In this document: positions 29,079 through 37,750 of the stretch, one piece after another | Layout of the letters: every line of letters starts with the position of its first letter | How positions within the stretch are numbered: the stretch's first letter is position 1 | NCBI GenBank assembly: GCA_965205655.1 | Contig: CBDBIJ010000128.1 | Location: 1-43,577, forward strand | DNA from: Candidatus Latescibacterota bacterium | GTDB lineage: Bacteria; Latescibacterota; UBA2968; UBA8231 | Direction of reading: 5' to 3' | DNA: 43,577 nt | Notes under the pieces: model-generated | Databases searched by the model: none | The model's input: only the letters and a program-made list of their open reading frames with translations | What the model was told of the DNA's origin: nothing | Translations under genes and position numbers: made by a program

Positions 29079-30308
29079 CGCGAGTTCAACCAGTCAACGC
29101 AACACCTTCATTGAAGCGTTCTGCGGGTGAAACGAACCCCAACGTCTTCCGCGGGCGCTGGTTCAGTTGAAGAGCGACTCTGTTCAGGTCGGCTTGGGAG
29201 AATGGCGACAGATCGGTCTTCCTCGGGAAGTACTGTCGAAGAAGGCGATTCGTGTTCTCATTTGTGCCTCGTTGCCAGGGACTCTGAGGATCACAGAAAT
29301 ACACCTCGACGTCAGTTGCGATCGAGAACTCCTTGTGCCGAGCTAGCTCCATTCCTCGATCCCAGGTAAGGGACAACCGCACCGCGGAGGGGAGTCGTTT
29401 CACCTGGCTGATCAGCGCTCTGACAACGGTCTCGGTGTCTTTGCCGTTGAGCTTCACGAGCATCGTGAACCGAGACTGCCGCTCCACCAACGTGGCGATG
29501 TGCGTGTTGTTCGACCCCGAGATCAAGTCTCCCTCCCAGTGGCCGGGAACGGCGCGGTCCTCGATCTCGGCAGGCCGCTCGCTGATGGATACGGCGTCGA
29601 CGATCCGGCCTCTCGGCTGATCGCGTGTGCTTGCCTTCTTGGATCGCCGCATCATCCTTCGCGTCCGCAGATGCGCAATGAGGTCCTTGTTGAGTGCCCC
29701 GCGTGCCTGGATGAAGAGAGTTCGATAGATCGTTTCGTGGGATATCTGCATATTTCCTAAAAGCGCATACTCCCGCTTCAGCCATCCCGATATCTGCTCA
29801 GGTGACCACTTCAGGCGTAGCTTGTCCGCCACGACTCGCCGCAAACGAAGATTGGATGCGAGTCGGCAGCATTTCGGCCGGCTGGCGCGCGTCCAGGCTG
29901 CTTGGTCGGCAACGTTTGCTCGGTACCTTTGCCGCCCGCCATTGCGGGCAATCTCTCGGCTAACCGTCGAGGGTGCACGCTCAACAGCGGCCGCAATTAT
30001 TCGTATCGATTTTCCCGCAGCGATACCTCGAGAGATCTCTTCACGCTCTTCCCAGCCAAGAGCCCATCGAGAGCGTCGACGCGGCATTGGTACGATGCCC
30101 CCATTGGCGGTGATGACACCATGAATCGACGCCGGATGCTTCCCGAGCGCCCGACCAATATCGCTATGCGACTGGCCGCTCTTCCATCGACGCCATACCT
30201 CCAACTTCTGTGACGCGGACAATCCTGGTCGTCCCATTTGAGCCATGTGCAACATCTCCTATGATTAGATTAGTGGGGAGAATGTTGCATTGACCGATTG
30301 AATATACC
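29079..30308 (-). mobile_element. IS30-family insertion sequence
   Basis: IR cores ttcaaccagtcaacgcaaca (29085-29104) and tgttgcattgaccgattgaa (30283-30302), 17/20 match; exact ends estimated about 6 nt further out; no target duplication seen. Confidence 0.9.
29086..30246 (-). CDS. IS30-family transposase
   Basis: WSPEQIS, ISHETIY, GHWEGDL, LTWDRGME, PWQRGTNENTNRLLRQY, LNQRPRKTLG; start ATG 30246 fits the AGGAG spacing. Confidence 0.95.
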   Translation of the reverse strand: MAQMGRPGLSASQKLEVWRRWKSGQSHSDIGRALGKHPASIHGVITANGGIVPMPRRRSRWALGWEEREEISRGIAAGKSIRIIAAAVERAPSTVSREIARNGGRQRYRANVADQAAWTRASRPKCCRLASNLRLRRVVADKLRLKWSPEQISGWLKREYALLGNMQISHETIYRTLFIQARGALNKDLIAHLRTRRMMRRSKKASTRDQPRGRIVDAVSISERPAEIEDRAVPGHWEGDLISGSNNTHIATLVERQSRFTMLVKLNGKDTETVVRALISQVKRLPSAVRLSLTWDRGMELARHKEFSIATDVEVYFCDPQSPWQRGTNENTNRLLRQYFPRKTDLSPFSQADLNRVALQLNQRPRKTLGFVSPAERFNEGVALTG

Positions 30309-31442
30309 ACCGCTTTCCCCACTATCGCCACTGCCATCCAGGCCATGAAGGAAGGCGCTTTCGACTACCTGCCGAAACCTTTCTCTCCCGACCAGCTGAT
30401 CCTCACAGTCGATAGAGCGCTGGAACAGAAACGACTGGCCGAGGAAAATATTCTGTTGCGACGCGCCCTCAAGGTGCGGCCCGGGTTTGACGGCATCGTC
30501 GCCCGATCCCAGGCGATGGAGCGGGTGATGGACCTGGTTGAACGCCTGGCGGACAGCGACAGCAGCGTTCTCATTCAGGGTGAGACCGGCACGGGAAAGG
30601 AGTTGATTGCCCGAAGCCTTCACAGCAACAGCGCCCGGCACGACCGCCCGTTCCTGCCGATCGATTGCGGCGCCCTGCCGGACCAGCTCCTCGAAAGCGA
30701 GCTATTCGGCCACGAGCGCGGGGCCTTCACAGGCGCCTACACTCGTAAACCCGGCCTGCTCGAAGCCGCCCAGGGAGGCACGGTTTTTCTGGACAAGATC
30801 GCGACTCTCAACGTCGACCTTCAGGTCAAGCTTCTCCGCGTCCTGCAGGAGCGCGATCTGCGGCGCGTGGGCGGGACGGAATCGATCGCCGTTGATTTCA
30901 GGCTGATTTCTGCGACAAACGAAAGTCTCGAAGAGGCAATCGAGGCGGGGCGTTTCAGACAGGACCTCTACTACCGCGTCAATGTGGTGTCTGTATCGCT
31001 GCCACCTCTGCGGGACCGGAGAGAGGACATTCCACTGCTCGCCAATCACTTCATCCGGGTGCTCAACGAGACTGGATCCAGGGAGCGGGACGGCATCGCG
31101 CCCGAGGCGCTTGGGCTGCTGGAGCGTTACGAGTGGCCCGGGAACGTGCGCGAGCTCCAAAACGCCATCGAGGGCGCCTTCTCCCTCACTGATTCGGGGT
31201 GGATCACCCCCGCCGGTTTGCCCGGGCGCATAACCGATCGCGAAGGTGGCTCCGGGACAGAAGCACTCTCAACCTATACCGACGCCAAGCGGAGTTTCGA
31301 GCGCGAATTTGTGCTTGAGTTTCTCAGACAGTACGACGGCAATGTCTCGCGTGCCGCCGAGGAGGCCGGGCTCCACCGCTCGTCCTTTCAGCGCCTGATG
31401 AGACGACACGGGATCCACTCAGAGGAATACCGACCGAACTGA
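30309..31442 (+). pseudogene. NtrC/AtoC-family sigma-54 activator with the receiver domain 5'-truncated by IS30 and a Walker B E->K change
   Basis: Begins mid-REC right at the IS end (TAFPTIATAIQAMKEGAFDYLPKPF); GETGTGKE, ESELFGHERGAFTGA, FLDKI, WPGNVREL, Fis-type HTH. Confidence 0.85.
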
Positions 31443-31450
31443 GCAAACAA

Positions 31451-31563
31451 CTGCTTCCCGATCGCGGCACTGCTGCTTTTTAGCACAATCTGATTTATTC
31501 CAATAGAAATCAATTAGTTATCATCGATTTTCGACTCGTTTAGTGCCGCATTTTTGCGGCACT
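31451..31563 (+). promoter_or_regulatory. Putative enhancer (UAS) for a sigma-54 activator
   Basis: Perfect palindrome AGTGCCGCA-TTTT-TGCGGCACT (31542-31563); degenerate copies at 31451-31470 and 31470-31489. Confidence 0.7.
31508..31520 (+). promoter_or_regulatory. IHF-consensus site
   Basis: AATCAATTAGTTA matches WATCAANNNNTTR exactly. Confidence 0.55.
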
Positions 31564-31608
31564 TTGTTCATTACATCCGAAATCGTCCAAACACACTATC
31601 TGTAATAA

Positions 31609-31621
31609 AATCAACAGATTA
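31609..31621 (+). promoter_or_regulatory. IHF-consensus site between the enhancer and the sigma-54 promoter
   Basis: AATCAACAGATTA matches WATCAANNNNTTR exactly, with an A/T tract upstream. Confidence 0.65.
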
Positions 31622-31649
31622 CTGATACCGACACCGGCGGATCAGATGC

Positions 31650-31664
31650 TGGCACGAGGATTGC
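31650..31664 (+). promoter_or_regulatory. Sigma-54 (-24/-12) promoter
   Basis: TGGCAC-GAGGA-TTGC matches TGGCAC-N5-TTGC. Confidence 0.85.
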
Positions 31665-31675
31665 GAGCTATTACG

Positions 31676-32010
31676 GAGATCTCCTGTGGGCGAGTTGAGT
31701 GGGGGCTGGTGGCCAGATTCCGAACCACCTGGCCGACGAGGGGGCGGGAATATTTCCCAGGTACTGGTTACGCACCGAACCAGGCCGGCCCTCTTCGTCG
31801 ACGGGTGTTCGCAGCAGGTTGCTGCCTTCAACGGGTTGGGGAGCGAATCGAAACCTTGCCGGACTACCCATTCGGCGGCTGTTGTGCGATTCGAGAGCGA
31901 CCGACGCTCTGGGAGTATGTCTCCAAGATCAACGGGCGCTCGTCTCCATCGCCAGCGCTCATCCCGCCCGCGGTCCCCTCAGGAAATGATCCTGAGGGGA
32001 TTCTTTTTTT
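31676..32010 (+). ncRNA. Candidate sigma-54-dependent structured non-coding RNA (~335 nt), family not recognised
   Basis: Lies between the sigma-54 promoter and an intrinsic terminator; 5'/3' basal stem plus three multibranch domains found by eye; no protein-like ORF. Confidence 0.6.
31974..32010 (+). terminator. Intrinsic terminator (plus-strand orientation)
   Basis: Perfect 10-bp stem tcccctcagg/cctgagggga, 7-nt loop, then TTCTTTTTTT; no U-tail in the minus direction. Confidence 0.85.
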
Positions 32011-32764
32011 ACCGGGTAAAGACCGTGCCCCTTACGTAGGATCCATCGTCGGAGGCGAGAAAGGCCAGGACCCGGGCGACTCCTATTGGATCGCCGAGAT
32101 CTTTCAGCGCCACCTCCATAGCGCGCTGCGGATCCTCTCCGGACAGCTCCGCTCTTTCTGCGATATTGGCGAGTTTCAGAGGGGTGGCGATGCTGCTGGG
32201 GCAGATGACGTGCACCCTCATCCCTTTTGGTTCGTATTCACTCTGGAATTTCATCCGCATGCCGTGGATGCCGGCCTTGCTGGCGGCGTAGGCGAAGGAG
32301 GAGCTGGCGCCCGTAACTCCGGCGCCTGACGAGATGAGCAGGAGAACGGATTCCTTCGCCGCCACCATCAACGGCACGCCGTATTTCGTTGCCAGAAAGG
32401 TGCCCTTCAAGTTTGTGTCGATGGTCGCGTCCCAGTCCTCCTCGTCGAACTCCTCGATCCCCCGGTGCGCTCCCTTCAACACGCCGGCTCCACACATGAG
32501 GATGTCCAGCTTTCCGTAGCGCCGGGAAACCTCCTCGAAGGCGGCAGCCACGCTGCTTTCCGTCCGCATGTCCGCGTGAAGAAAGAGCGCTGCTCCTTTC
32601 CCCGCCCCTGCAATCCGGTCGCACACCGCTGTTCCTTCGGCCGCGTTGTAATCGAGCACGACCGCCGCGGCGCCCTCGGCGGCGAACAGCTCTGCCGTGG
32701 CGGCGCCGATGCCGGTGGCCCCGCCGGTGATCACCGCTGTCTTGCCCTCGAGTTTCATCGTCAC
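32009..32764 (-). CDS. Short-chain dehydrogenase/reductase
   Basis: TGGATGIG, ISS, YAASK, ICPSSIAT, FLASDD; start could also be ATG two codons in. Confidence 0.93.
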   Translation of the reverse strand: MTMKLEGKTAVITGGATGIGAATAELFAAEGAAAVVLDYNAAEGTAVCDRIAGAGKGAALFLHADMRTESSVAAAFEEVSRRYGKLDILMCGAGVLKGAHRGIEEFDEEDWDATIDTNLKGTFLATKYGVPLMVAAKESVLLLISSGAGVTGASSSFAYAASKAGIHGMRMKFQSEYEPKGMRVHVICPSSIATPLKLANIAERAELSGEDPQRAMEVALKDLGDPIGVARVLAFLASDDGSYVRGTVFTR

Positions 32765-32783
32765 TCCCTGGGCGATGTGGCCG

Positions 32784-33998
32784 TCACCAGCTCAACCATT
32801 GAAAGGGTTCCTGGATGTAATCGCGCACCGTCGACAGGAAGTTGCTGGCGGCGATCTCGTCTAGTTGATCCACATCGAAAGTGAGGCTGAGGCTCACGAA
32901 TTGTCGCGGCTCCATTCGATTTTGAATGACGCCGGGCCTCGTCACCGCCGCTCCCGCTCCCAGCGCGGCGAGCCGTGATTGGCCCAGGGCGGGCCGAAAG
33001 GAGTCGGCGCCATACGGACCCATGTCGACGACGGCGATCGAGCAGTCGCAGTCCTCTTCCAACGGCTCCCCATGCCCGGCTCGCTCTTCCAGCAAGCTGG
33101 ATTCTCGTGCTATCTCGCGCAGAGACTTGGAGGCGACGTCGCGGATCACGCCATACCCGACACCTGCTCCGGTTTCAACTCCTCTCGAGACGTGGACGGC
33201 AGCGCGCCCGCACTGGCGATCGGCCCGTACCTCGTGGTGCTGGGCGAGGGCGACCGCTGTGAGCTTGATGAGCAAATCGGTGCGGCTCGGCGAGGCGTCA
33301 TTCAACGGCGATCCCGCCAGCTTCTCCTGCAGTCTGATGAACTCGGTGGCATCCGCCTCTACCGTTAGTGAGGCCGTTTGTGCGCCCGTCCGCGCGGCTG
33401 TCACAGAAGACGCCGGCGGCGCTTCCGTGACCCGCTCCGCGACTCGCCCCGCGACCCGCCTCACGTCCTGCTCAATGATGCGACCCGTCCGCCCGCTGCC
33501 GCTGATCACTCGCCAGTCGACGCCGAGCTCAAGCGCGATGCGGCGCGCTCGGGGGCTGATCGCCTGCTCTCTCGCGCCTCCAGCCCCCATTCGAACGAGT
33601 GGTCGAGTTGCCGGAGCGGGGAGTGCTGGAGCTGGGAACGCTGAAGCGGTCGCGACGACCGGGTCGGACGGCGCAGTTGTCGCGTTCGTGGGCTGCCGGT
33701 GTGCCGGCGACGGGATCGCCGTTGCGGAGCTCGCTCTTTCGGGGATCTCCTCGCCCTCCTGTACGACCCAGGCGAGTAGCGTTCCCACCGGGACCGTCGA
33801 ACCCGGTTGCGGCGACCCGGAAGGGATGCGGAGGATGCCGTCGTCGAAAATCTCGACTTCGTTGACCGCCTTGTCGCTCTCCACCAGCATGACGATGTCG
33901 CCGGAGGCGACCTCCTCGCCGTCTTCTTTCACCCACTCGACGAGGGTTCCCTGCTCCATCGTCCAGCCGAGACGCGGCATGACAATTTCCACCGCCAT
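32784..33998 (-). CDS. E2-like protein: lipoyl domain + E1/E3-binding domain + degenerate acyltransferase domain
   Basis: MAVEIVMPRLGWTMEQG...VESDKA (lipoyl Lys); ISPRARRIA...GSGRTGRIIEQDV; C-terminal SLTFDVDQLD instead of DHR..DG. Start overlaps the E1b stop (TAATG). Confidence 0.8.
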   Translation of the reverse strand: MAVEIVMPRLGWTMEQGTLVEWVKEDGEEVASGDIVMLVESDKAVNEVEIFDDGILRIPSGSPQPGSTVPVGTLLAWVVQEGEEIPERASSATAIPSPAHRQPTNATTAPSDPVVATASAFPAPALPAPATRPLVRMGAGGAREQAISPRARRIALELGVDWRVISGSGRTGRIIEQDVRRVAGRVAERVTEAPPASSVTAARTGAQTASLTVEADATEFIRLQEKLAGSPLNDASPSRTDLLIKLTAVALAQHHEVRADRQCGRAAVHVSRGVETGAGVGYGVIRDVASKSLREIARESSLLEERAGHGEPLEEDCDCSIAVVDMGPYGADSFRPALGQSRLAALGAGAAVTRPGVIQNRMEPRQFVSLSLTFDVDQLDEIAASNFLSTVRDYIQEPFQWLSW

Positions 33999-34988
33999 TA
34001 TTCGGCCAAGAGATCGCGGATGGCGGCCTCGATATCTGCAGCCTGAGGGATCGCCGCCGCCTCGAGGGTGGCGCTGTACGGAGTCGGGGTGTGAGCTCCG
34101 TTCAGTCGCCTGACCGGGGGCGGCATCGAGATCGTCGAACGCGCCATCGAGCACCTGCGCGGCGATCTCCGCGCCCACTCCGCACGGGGCGAACGTCTCA
34201 TCCACGATGAGCAGTCTCCCCGTTTTGGCTACAGATTCGAGAATCGTGTCGATGTCCAGGGGGGCGATGGTACGCGGATCAATCACCTCGATCGATACTC
34301 CTTCATGTGCGAGTGCCTCGCACACGTCGAGGCTTTTCTGCACCATAGACGTCAGGGCCACGACAGTCGCATCCTTGCCGACCATGCGACCGGAGGCCTG
34401 CCCGAAGGGAACTGAATACTCTTCTTCCGGCACCTCACCCCGGGCGCTCAGCAGCGACTTGTGTTCCAGAAACAGCACCGGATCGTCGGCGGATCGGATC
34501 GACGTCTTCAGCAATCCCTTGGCGTCGTACGGGGTCGCCGGCAGAGCGACGCGAAAACCGGGGAGATGTGCGAATATCGGATAGTAGTTGCCGGAGTGGT
34601 GCGTCGCCGATGCGCCGCCGAGCCCGATGCAACCGCGCAGCACGATAGGCATTTTGAGACGGCCGCTGCTCATGTACTGCATCTTGGCGATCTGATTGAT
34701 GATCTCCCCCATCGCGTCCAGGCCGAAATCGAGAAACATGTAGTCCACCACCGGTCGGGTTCCGGTCATGGCGGCGCCGGCGCACATGCCGGTAAAGCCC
34801 CTTTCGTAGATGCCGGTGTCGCGCAGCCGCATGTCTCCGTAGATCGCGTGCAGGCCCGTCGTCGTGTTGAAGTTGCCGCCTCTCGGGCCGACACCCTCTC
34901 CGACCACGAAGACGGTGGGATCGGCAGCCATCTCTTCGGCGAGACCCTCCAGCGCGGCTTCCGTGTAGGTCAGCTCACGCACGGGCAC
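33998..34988 (-). CDS. TPP-dependent dehydrogenase E1 beta subunit (AcoB/PdhB-like), frameshifted near 34116-34121
   Basis: VVGEGV, RDTGIYE, GTRPVVD, ATHHS, DPVLFLEHK, IDPRTIAPLD; the native tail PVRRLNGAHTPTPYSATLE...LLAE* is in another frame. Confidence 0.85.
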
Positions 34989-36042
34989 CTTCCCGGCTGT
35001 AGACGTGGTCCAGAACGGTAGCGGGGTCCGGCCACGGGCTCTCCTCTGCGAATTTCAGCCCACCCCGTACCTCCGCCTTCAATTCGGAATCGATGGCCTC
35101 GAGCTCCTCTTCAGAAGCAATCTTTCCGGACACCAGCCTCTTGTGCAGCCCGGCAATCGGATCCTTCGCCTTCCACGAGTCGATCTCTTTCTGGGTGCGA
35201 TAGCCGCCGTCGCGCATTCCCTCCGCGTGGGCTCGGGTGCGGTAGGTCTTGCACTCGATGAGAGTGGGGCCGCCTCCAGACCTCGCCCTTCTCACAGCCT
35301 CCCCGGCTGCCGCGTGCATGGCGAGCACGTCGTTGCCGTCGACGGCGACCGATTCGATGGCGTATGCCTCGCCTCTATTCGCCACTTCCGGATTCTGGGT
35401 CGCGGTGCTGAAGGCCACCTCAGTGGCGTAGAGGTTGTTCTCGCAGATGAAGAGGGCGGGAAGCTGCCAGCGCGCCGCCATCGTGAGCCCCTCGTGAAAG
35501 GCGCCATTGCTCACGGCTCCGTCACCGAAGAAGGCGACACCGACTCGATCAGTTCCGAGCAGCTTGAAGGAGTATCCAGCGCCGGTTGCTTGGAGAATAC
35601 AAGGTGCAACGATTCCGCTCGTGCCCATCATCCCGACCTCCGGCTTGAACAGGTGCATGCTGCCGCCCCGTCCCTGGGAGCAGCCGGTGGCCTTGCCGTA
35701 GAGCTCGGCGATGACCTCGCGGATGGGGACGCCCTTGGCGAGGGCGTGACCGTGGCCCCGGTGGGTGCTGAAAACGGCGTCGGTATCCTGCAGGTGGGCG
35801 CACACACCCGCGGCGATTGCTTCTTCGCCAATGTAGGTGTGGCAGGCACCGGGGATGAGTCCGGCCTGGTATGAGCGGGCCAGCTGTTCCTCCGTGCGCC
35901 TGATCTTCAGCATCACTCGGTAGAGCGACAGCGCGGACTCGGTGTCGATGCCGAGTCCAGAGGACCGCGATGCCCGTGGGCTCGTGCGCGCCTTCCGCTT
36001 CGCCGCCTTCTTGCCTGTCGTCTTCTTGCTCGCCGCAGTCAT
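34975..36042 (-). CDS. TPP-dependent dehydrogenase E1 alpha subunit (AcoA/PdhA-like)
   Basis: CHTYIGEEA, STHRGHGH, GRGGSMH, TPP motif FFGDGA...ENN, TYR..AH. Confidence 0.93.
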   Translation of the reverse strand: MTAASKKTTGKKAAKRKARTSPRASRSSGLGIDTESALSLYRVMLKIRRTEEQLARSYQAGLIPGACHTYIGEEAIAAGVCAHLQDTDAVFSTHRGHGHALAKGVPIREVIAELYGKATGCSQGRGGSMHLFKPEVGMMGTSGIVAPCILQATGAGYSFKLLGTDRVGVAFFGDGAVSNGAFHEGLTMAARWQLPALFICENNLYATEVAFSTATQNPEVANRGEAYAIESVAVDGNDVLAMHAAAGEAVRRARSGGGPTLIECKTYRTRAHAEGMRDGGYRTQKEIDSWKAKDPIAGLHKRLVSGKIASEEELEAIDSELKAEVRGGLKFAEESPWPDPATVLDHVYSREGARA

Positions 36043-36150
36043 GGGCGTGGGAACTTATGTCGGCGTTTTGTCGCAATCAAGAAAACACGTGAGTCGGTGT
36101 TGTCGACCGGTGGTGACGAACCGAGACCCCTCAGTCGACGGCGAACAGTG

Positions 36151-36747
36151 TCAATCGACGTCATCAGCCTCCCAGGCCCGCACAAAACTCTCTTGGTCTA
36201 CGCCGAGGGCATCGGCGACCCGGTTGATGTAGTTGAAGTAGCCGACGATTTGAGTGGCGTCGTGGATGGCAGTATCGCCGAAACCGCACCGCCGGAGCTC
36301 GGCGATTTCCCCGTCGCCGACTCGATGCGGTTCGGCGGTCAGAATGTCGGCATAGCTGCACAGGGCTCGATCAGCCGGGCCCAACTCGGCACGGCGCCAA
36401 TCTGAGGCGAGGGCGTGAACGAAACTGTCGCCGGTTGTTGGGTCCGAGATTCCGAAGTCGGCTGCGACCTCTGCACGGAGGTCGTTGGCATGTGCCCGCA
36501 CTCAGTACACGCAGTGGTTGCGCGCCGACACCACGACGGCGAGCATTTCCCGTTGACCGCGGCTCAGTGAGGACGGTCCGTGCATGAGCGCCCCGTAAAA
36601 CTCCAGTGAGGTCTTCAGCACGAGGGGATTCTGGCTCATGATGCTGACGATGTTGCAGATATGGCCGGCTCTATCCTGCGCCGCTTCGTACTGCTTGGCG
36701 AGCTCACCGGTCGCGTCCCCGGGCGAAACCGTCTTTATGCGAGGCAT
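36151..36747 (-). CDS. AhpD/carboxymuconolactone-decarboxylase-like peroxidase-related protein, probable selenoprotein (in-frame UGA at 36502-36504)
   Basis: MPRIKTV...LSRGQREMLAVVVSARNHCVY-TGA-VRAH...FNYINRVADALG; the two halves are in frame and a SECIS-like hairpin follows the UGA. Confidence 0.8.
36465..36484 (-). promoter_or_regulatory. Putative bacterial SECIS element
   Basis: Hairpin CGACCTC-CGTGCA-GAGGTCG starting 17 nt after the UGA; G at loop position 2. Confidence 0.6.
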
Positions 36748-36775
36748 CTGGACAGAAAGTCGCGCGGAGGGTTTT

Positions 36776-37711
36776 CTACTGAGCTGCTTCTGGAGTTGGC
36801 GCGCGCATGGCGCTGTTGATGCTCTCGGCGATGATTCTCGCAGTGGCGGTGAGGGTTTCGAAGCTTTCACTGCGCTCGTCGATGCCTGGCTGATCGTAGG
36901 ACGTGCTCATGACGATTTTTCCCGACGGGATTTCGACGATTCGGCACGTAGCGGTGCCGACGCCGCTGCCGCGCATCCTCGAGTTGATCACGACGACGGC
37001 CCGCACTTCACTGAGACTGCCGAGCTTGAAGTACTGCTCGCCTGCGAGAATGAGACCGAGGTCCTCTCCCAGCTCCCGCACCTTTTGAGTCAACAGCGCC
37101 CGCTCCATCACGTTCACGCCCATTCCGAGGAGTTCGGTGACCACCGCGTCCGGGAGGAACAGACGGTCCGCGTCGCCGAGCACGACGGAAACGGGGAGGG
37201 TCGGATCGAGAGAGACGTCGGTCTGTTGAAAGGTCGAGACGTGCGAATCCGCCTCTTCTGATTCGCCCTCCTCGGTGGGATCGCCATTCGAGTCGGTGAC
37301 CATCTCGCCATCTGCTGGCCCGTCGACGCCGGCTTCGTCGCGGATCGCGGCCTCCGCCTGGGCAGGGGCATTCGCTTCGATAGCGTCGGGAGCTCCCTCT
37401 TCATCCGGGTCGTAGCCCAGTGACTCGAGATGCTTTCTCTCTGCGGCGAGATGCTCCTCCAGCTCCGGCCTTAGTATCTCGAGCTCCTTCGTCACCTCCA
37501 CCTCGCGACGCTCGTAGAACAGGACGTTGTCGTTCACCGAGGCTCGATGTTCGATGATCTCCTGGAGGCGTTCCTGGAGCTTGCGGAGCTCCTTTTCGAG
37601 ATCCGCGACCTCGCTCTTCTGTCGCGAGATGATGTTGGCAGTCGCGACCTTTACGACGACGCTCGCAAAGACGAGAACGACGCTGAACCACATGGTTATC
37701 TCAACCGGCAT
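36776..37711 (-). CDS. Hypothetical membrane-anchored coiled-coil protein with a CsgG/LpoB-like C-terminal domain
   Basis: N-terminal hydrophobic helix, coiled coil, acidic linker, then VTELLGMGVNVMER...CRIVEIPSGKIV pattern. Confidence 0.55.
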   Translation of the reverse strand: MPVEITMWFSVVLVFASVVVKVATANIISRQKSEVADLEKELRKLQERLQEIIEHRASVNDNVLFYERREVEVTKELEILRPELEEHLAAERKHLESLGYDPDEEGAPDAIEANAPAQAEAAIRDEAGVDGPADGEMVTDSNGDPTEEGESEEADSHVSTFQQTDVSLDPTLPVSVVLGDADRLFLPDAVVTELLGMGVNVMERALLTQKVRELGEDLGLILAGEQYFKLGSLSEVRAVVVINSRMRGSGVGTATCRIVEIPSGKIVMSTSYDQPGIDERSESFETLTATARIIAESINSAMRAPTPEAAQ

Positions 37712-37750
37712 GGAAAAGCCTTTTGGAGCTGAGCGATTAAGACCGGAGGT

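Noticed and set aside
31676..32010. Identification of the RNA as tmRNA, RNase P, SRP or 6S
   Set aside because: GGGGGCTG resembles a tmRNA 5' end, but there is no T-arm/CCA 3' end. There is also no GAGGAAAGTCC of RNase P, no SRP domain IV motif, and no single-rod 6S shape.
31646..32329. ORFs overlapping the candidate ncRNA (31646-32329, 31686-32039, 31699-31989, 31671-31871)
   Set aside because: Translations are low-complexity with no recognisable motif; two run through the terminator and one starts inside the promoter. 31686 has a GGAG upstream, so a peptide cannot be fully excluded.
32784..34988. 734-aa natural E1b-E2 fusion protein
   Set aside because: The junction is out-of-frame sequence; the genuine E1b C-terminus and a TAATG stop/start overlap exist in another frame.
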